Assembly: GCF_009914755.1 (NCBI RefSeq)
Contig: NC_060941.1
Source: the human T2T-CHM13v2.0 reference genome, Homo sapiens
Direction: 5' to 3' (one strand)
DNA length: 64,000 nucleotides
The first letter of the stretch is position 1; each line of letters starts with the position of its first letter. Made by a program: the position numbers and the translations under genes. Shown here in pieces: positions 60,304 to 64,000 of this stretch. Below the pieces are notes generated by a model. It was not told the DNA's origin. It did not search any database and saw only the letters and a list, made by a program, of their open reading frames with translations.

Positions 60304-63284
60304 GCGTCACAGGGAGTCTGTTTCTTGCAAGTCAAGGCCCCCCGGCCAAGTCTGAACATTGACCAATAAGCAAGACCGATGGAGGCCGTGCCGTGTCACC
60401 TTTCCCAGCTCTGGCCTGGCCTGTGTTGGGGAGGGCTGCAAGGGAAGACTCGTGGAAATGACGTCGCTGGCCCTCATGAGAGATCCATGCACCCCAGGTG
60501 GAGTGGGGAGAACTTGGGGAGATCAGATAAGAAATGAGGACAGACCAGGCCCTCGGCTCATACCCGTAACCCCAGCACTTTGGGAGGCTGGGATTACAGG
60601 CAGATCCCTTGAGTCTAGGAGTTCAAGACCAACCTGAGCAAGGAAACCTCATCTCTACAAGAAAAAACTCAGAAAGAAATGAGGAGAAGGGCTGGCTTCT
60701 GGATGCTCCTGACGGAGGCAGGATTCATCCCTGGGGAGGAGGCATCAGGGCCTCTGTGAATCTCAGGGGTCGTGGGTTCTCGAGAAGGGATGAGGGGACC
60801 AGTGTTCTTCCTCTGCCAAGGACAGACCAAGAGAGCGTCTTGTCAGATGGTGGCTGGAGAGGAGGAAGGTGGCAGTGGACGAGCTTCAGGAACCATCTGT
60901 CAGGGAGACTGGAAGGAGCCACCCACGGGAAGGGTCAAACTCAGGGGTTCCCGCCTCTTAGAAACTGGGGCCAGGGCTGGTCTGGGGCTTTTTATTCTGG
61001 GTGAAGCCGGCAGAAGCACAGGGTGGTACGAATAACCCCCTAGCACTCTTCCCGACTACGCTGTCAGGTTTGAGTCAGCCTAGTTGTGCTAAGTCCAACG
61101 CCAGGTGGGAGGTTTCACTGTGACTCAGTGGCCAATTAAATGCTCTCAAGTCCGGGTTTAGTGTGAGGATTTTGCACACCAACCATCACTGCAAATATAT
61201 TCAGCACACACAGGCCAGTGGCTCGGGATACGAGTGCGCTGACTGATGAGCCAGGCAGGTCCGAATGTTCCTCGAAGTCAGTTTCTTTGCTGTGTCTCCG
61301 GCCTCTGCAGGGCCGTCCATAGTCATTTCTCAGCTGCCCCTGGCTTCACTTTCTTGTTGGGTCTCGGGGGTGCCTTCCCACAGCAGGTATCTCGTCACCC
61401 CAGTCCAGCATACATTTATCACTTTGAAGGATCAGCAGTTTGACCGTGGGCTGAGTCACTTGTCATAAGTGACTCCATTTTGAGATTATTTAGGATCACA
61501 AAACACTATCCTATATCACCACCTGCCCCTCAAGTCAGAGTAGCTTTGGTAAAAGGAATGCATTTTCCTGCAAGCCAGACTGCTTTTTCCTCGGCATCTC
61601 TAGCGTGGAGCCAGCGGCCCTCAATATCCGAATCCAGGATGCAGGGGCTGCGTCTTAGCTTTTGGCCCTCATCTCCCACTGAGACTGCTCGAGTGGGATT
61701 GACAGCGGAGTCTTACCCCAAGGTCCCTGCACAGGTTGGTTCTCAGCAAAGGTTGGTGGAACCGGATAGAATAGCAAGAGCCCCTGGCACACAGGAGTCA
61801 CCCGAGGAGCTGAAAATAATCCCCGACGCCCAGGCCCCAGCCCGGAGCAAATAGAGGGACCCTCGGGGTGGCCTGAGCACCAGGAGCTAAAGCCTGGATG
61901 AGAAAACCTGGGTTCGGGCTCAGCATTTACAGGCATTTATTCTAGAAATTGAGGCCTGTCTGTAAGGAAGAGGACTGGGAACGACCGGAGGGCCGAGTTC
62001 CCGTTCCTCTTCCTGCAGCCGTGCTGGCAGCCAGCGGGGTGAGTGTGTGGTCTCCTCCAGCTCTCCTGGGAGCATGGCCCTATTCTTAGCACTGAGTTTG
62101 CTTGCTAGGAAAGAACGCTGGGGAAGAAAGTGCCAGCTTTGGACGCCAGCCCCACTTTGGGTCTGCAGTGTTGAGGATACGCTGCTCCCTCAGTTTCCCT
62201 TTCGGAGGCTCCCCCCCAACAACTGCACGCCTTGTACCGCACCCCCACCCCCGCACCCATGCTTTGTGGTAGCTTCGGCTAAAGAGCACCCAGACTGTGC
62301 CTCCATCTGCCTTTGGACTCCCTTTTCCTCTGAGCCAGGGACCCTGAGGGGGCCTGGCAGTTCTCAGCTGTAGCCCTGAACCCTCGAGGGCACAGGGTAC
62401 ATGCTGGGGATGCTCAAGGGCATCGCCTTTTCAGGAGATGGGAGCTGAGGGCAGGGCCATCCCAGTGACTGCGTAAAGCAACTCTGGGCTGCTTCTGTTG
62501 GGTACAGGGAGGTCAGTCCATCCTGGGCAGGAAGAAAATGCTGCAGGACGGTGTAATTCTTTCCTCATTAGTGATCCTAACCCCTGCTTCCTAAAGCAGC
62601 TCATTAGATGTCCAGTTCAACCTCTGAGTTTCTTCTTTCTGCCCCCATCTGGTCTGTCAGGGACCAGACAGTGGCCTGTTGTGGTAATGGGCCATGGCAG
62701 GGTTGGGGGCTGCCCATGATACTTGGGAAACGGGCACTGGTCAGGTTTGGAGGATTTCAGGGCCCTGGGGAGACAGAACGTCCCAGGCTGCCCCAGCTGT
62801 GTGTTCCCCTTGAGAGGCACCCAGTGAAGTTGTGGATCCTGCCTGCACTTCAGCCCCTGGAGTCAAAGATCTCTGACTACTTTGCAAGGATTCTTTTTAA
62901 TTAGGTCCCTCCCACACAAGAGAAAGAGAGAGAGAATAGTGTGTTCCACAATTTGAGCACTACCTGGAGAGATTATTTCTAGCCACAGACCAAAGGCACA
63001 GAGAGAAATAAAACCAGGGAATTTTTAGCTTAGAAGAGACCGTGGAGATTTGCCTGAGCACGTGTCCCACATGTGGAGGCGGACACCAGAGCGATGTGGT
63101 GGCTCGTGGAAGGCTACCCAGCAAATGCCTGCTGGAGCTCCTGCCCAGGGATATTTTTCATTGCCAGAATTCAGCATTTGAATTCCTAGCCGAGGGTTTC
63201 TTCTATTAAGTGAAGGTTTATTTTTCTCCTCCCTCATCCCATCTCCCCATCCTCCTCTTTGATATTTTAGCAAAGAGTGCCTGA

Positions 63285-63950
<666 letters not shown>

Positions 63951-64000
63951 CCGAGAGGGTAGCTTTTCCGGGTGGATTAATTTGGGCACAGTGCAGGGGC

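Overview
Human (primate) genomic DNA, not prokaryotic: dense Alu, MaLR/ERV LTR, MER DNA-transposon, MIR and L1 relics. It holds the 5' part of MGAT5B (GnT-IX/GnT-Vb, the brain-enriched beta-1,6-N-acetylglucosaminyltransferase, chr17q25) on the + strand. About 12 kb of repeat-rich upstream DNA precedes a CpG-island promoter (~12.2-14.4 kb). Eight coding exons splice in phase at GT-AG sites (13048-13115, 16869-16981, 26170-26317, 46584-46699, 47332-47405, 48281-48451, 49198-49362, 50047-50216; 1025 nt of CDS). An alternative N-terminus is encoded inside the exon 2 acceptor region, and the window ends in intron 8. Nearly all ORFs in the supplied track are artefacts of GC-rich or repeat DNA. I see no new protein-coding system. 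The most interesting signals are: (1) exons 4-8 form a 696-nt phase-symmetric block between two very long introns with nested complementary repeats, so back-splicing would give a stop-free circle; (2) a tailless tRNA-Gly(TCC) 5'-half retroposon with a target-site duplication; (3) a donor-dead copy of the exon 5/intron 5 junction inside an E-box-rich 18-bp minisatellite; (4) a near-consensus REST/RE1 site in intron 1; (5) a UG-repeat block next to a candidate poison exon; (6) stacked uORFs; (7) several local templated-duplication scars. Repeat family names come from recognition of consensus sequences and their boundaries are approximate.
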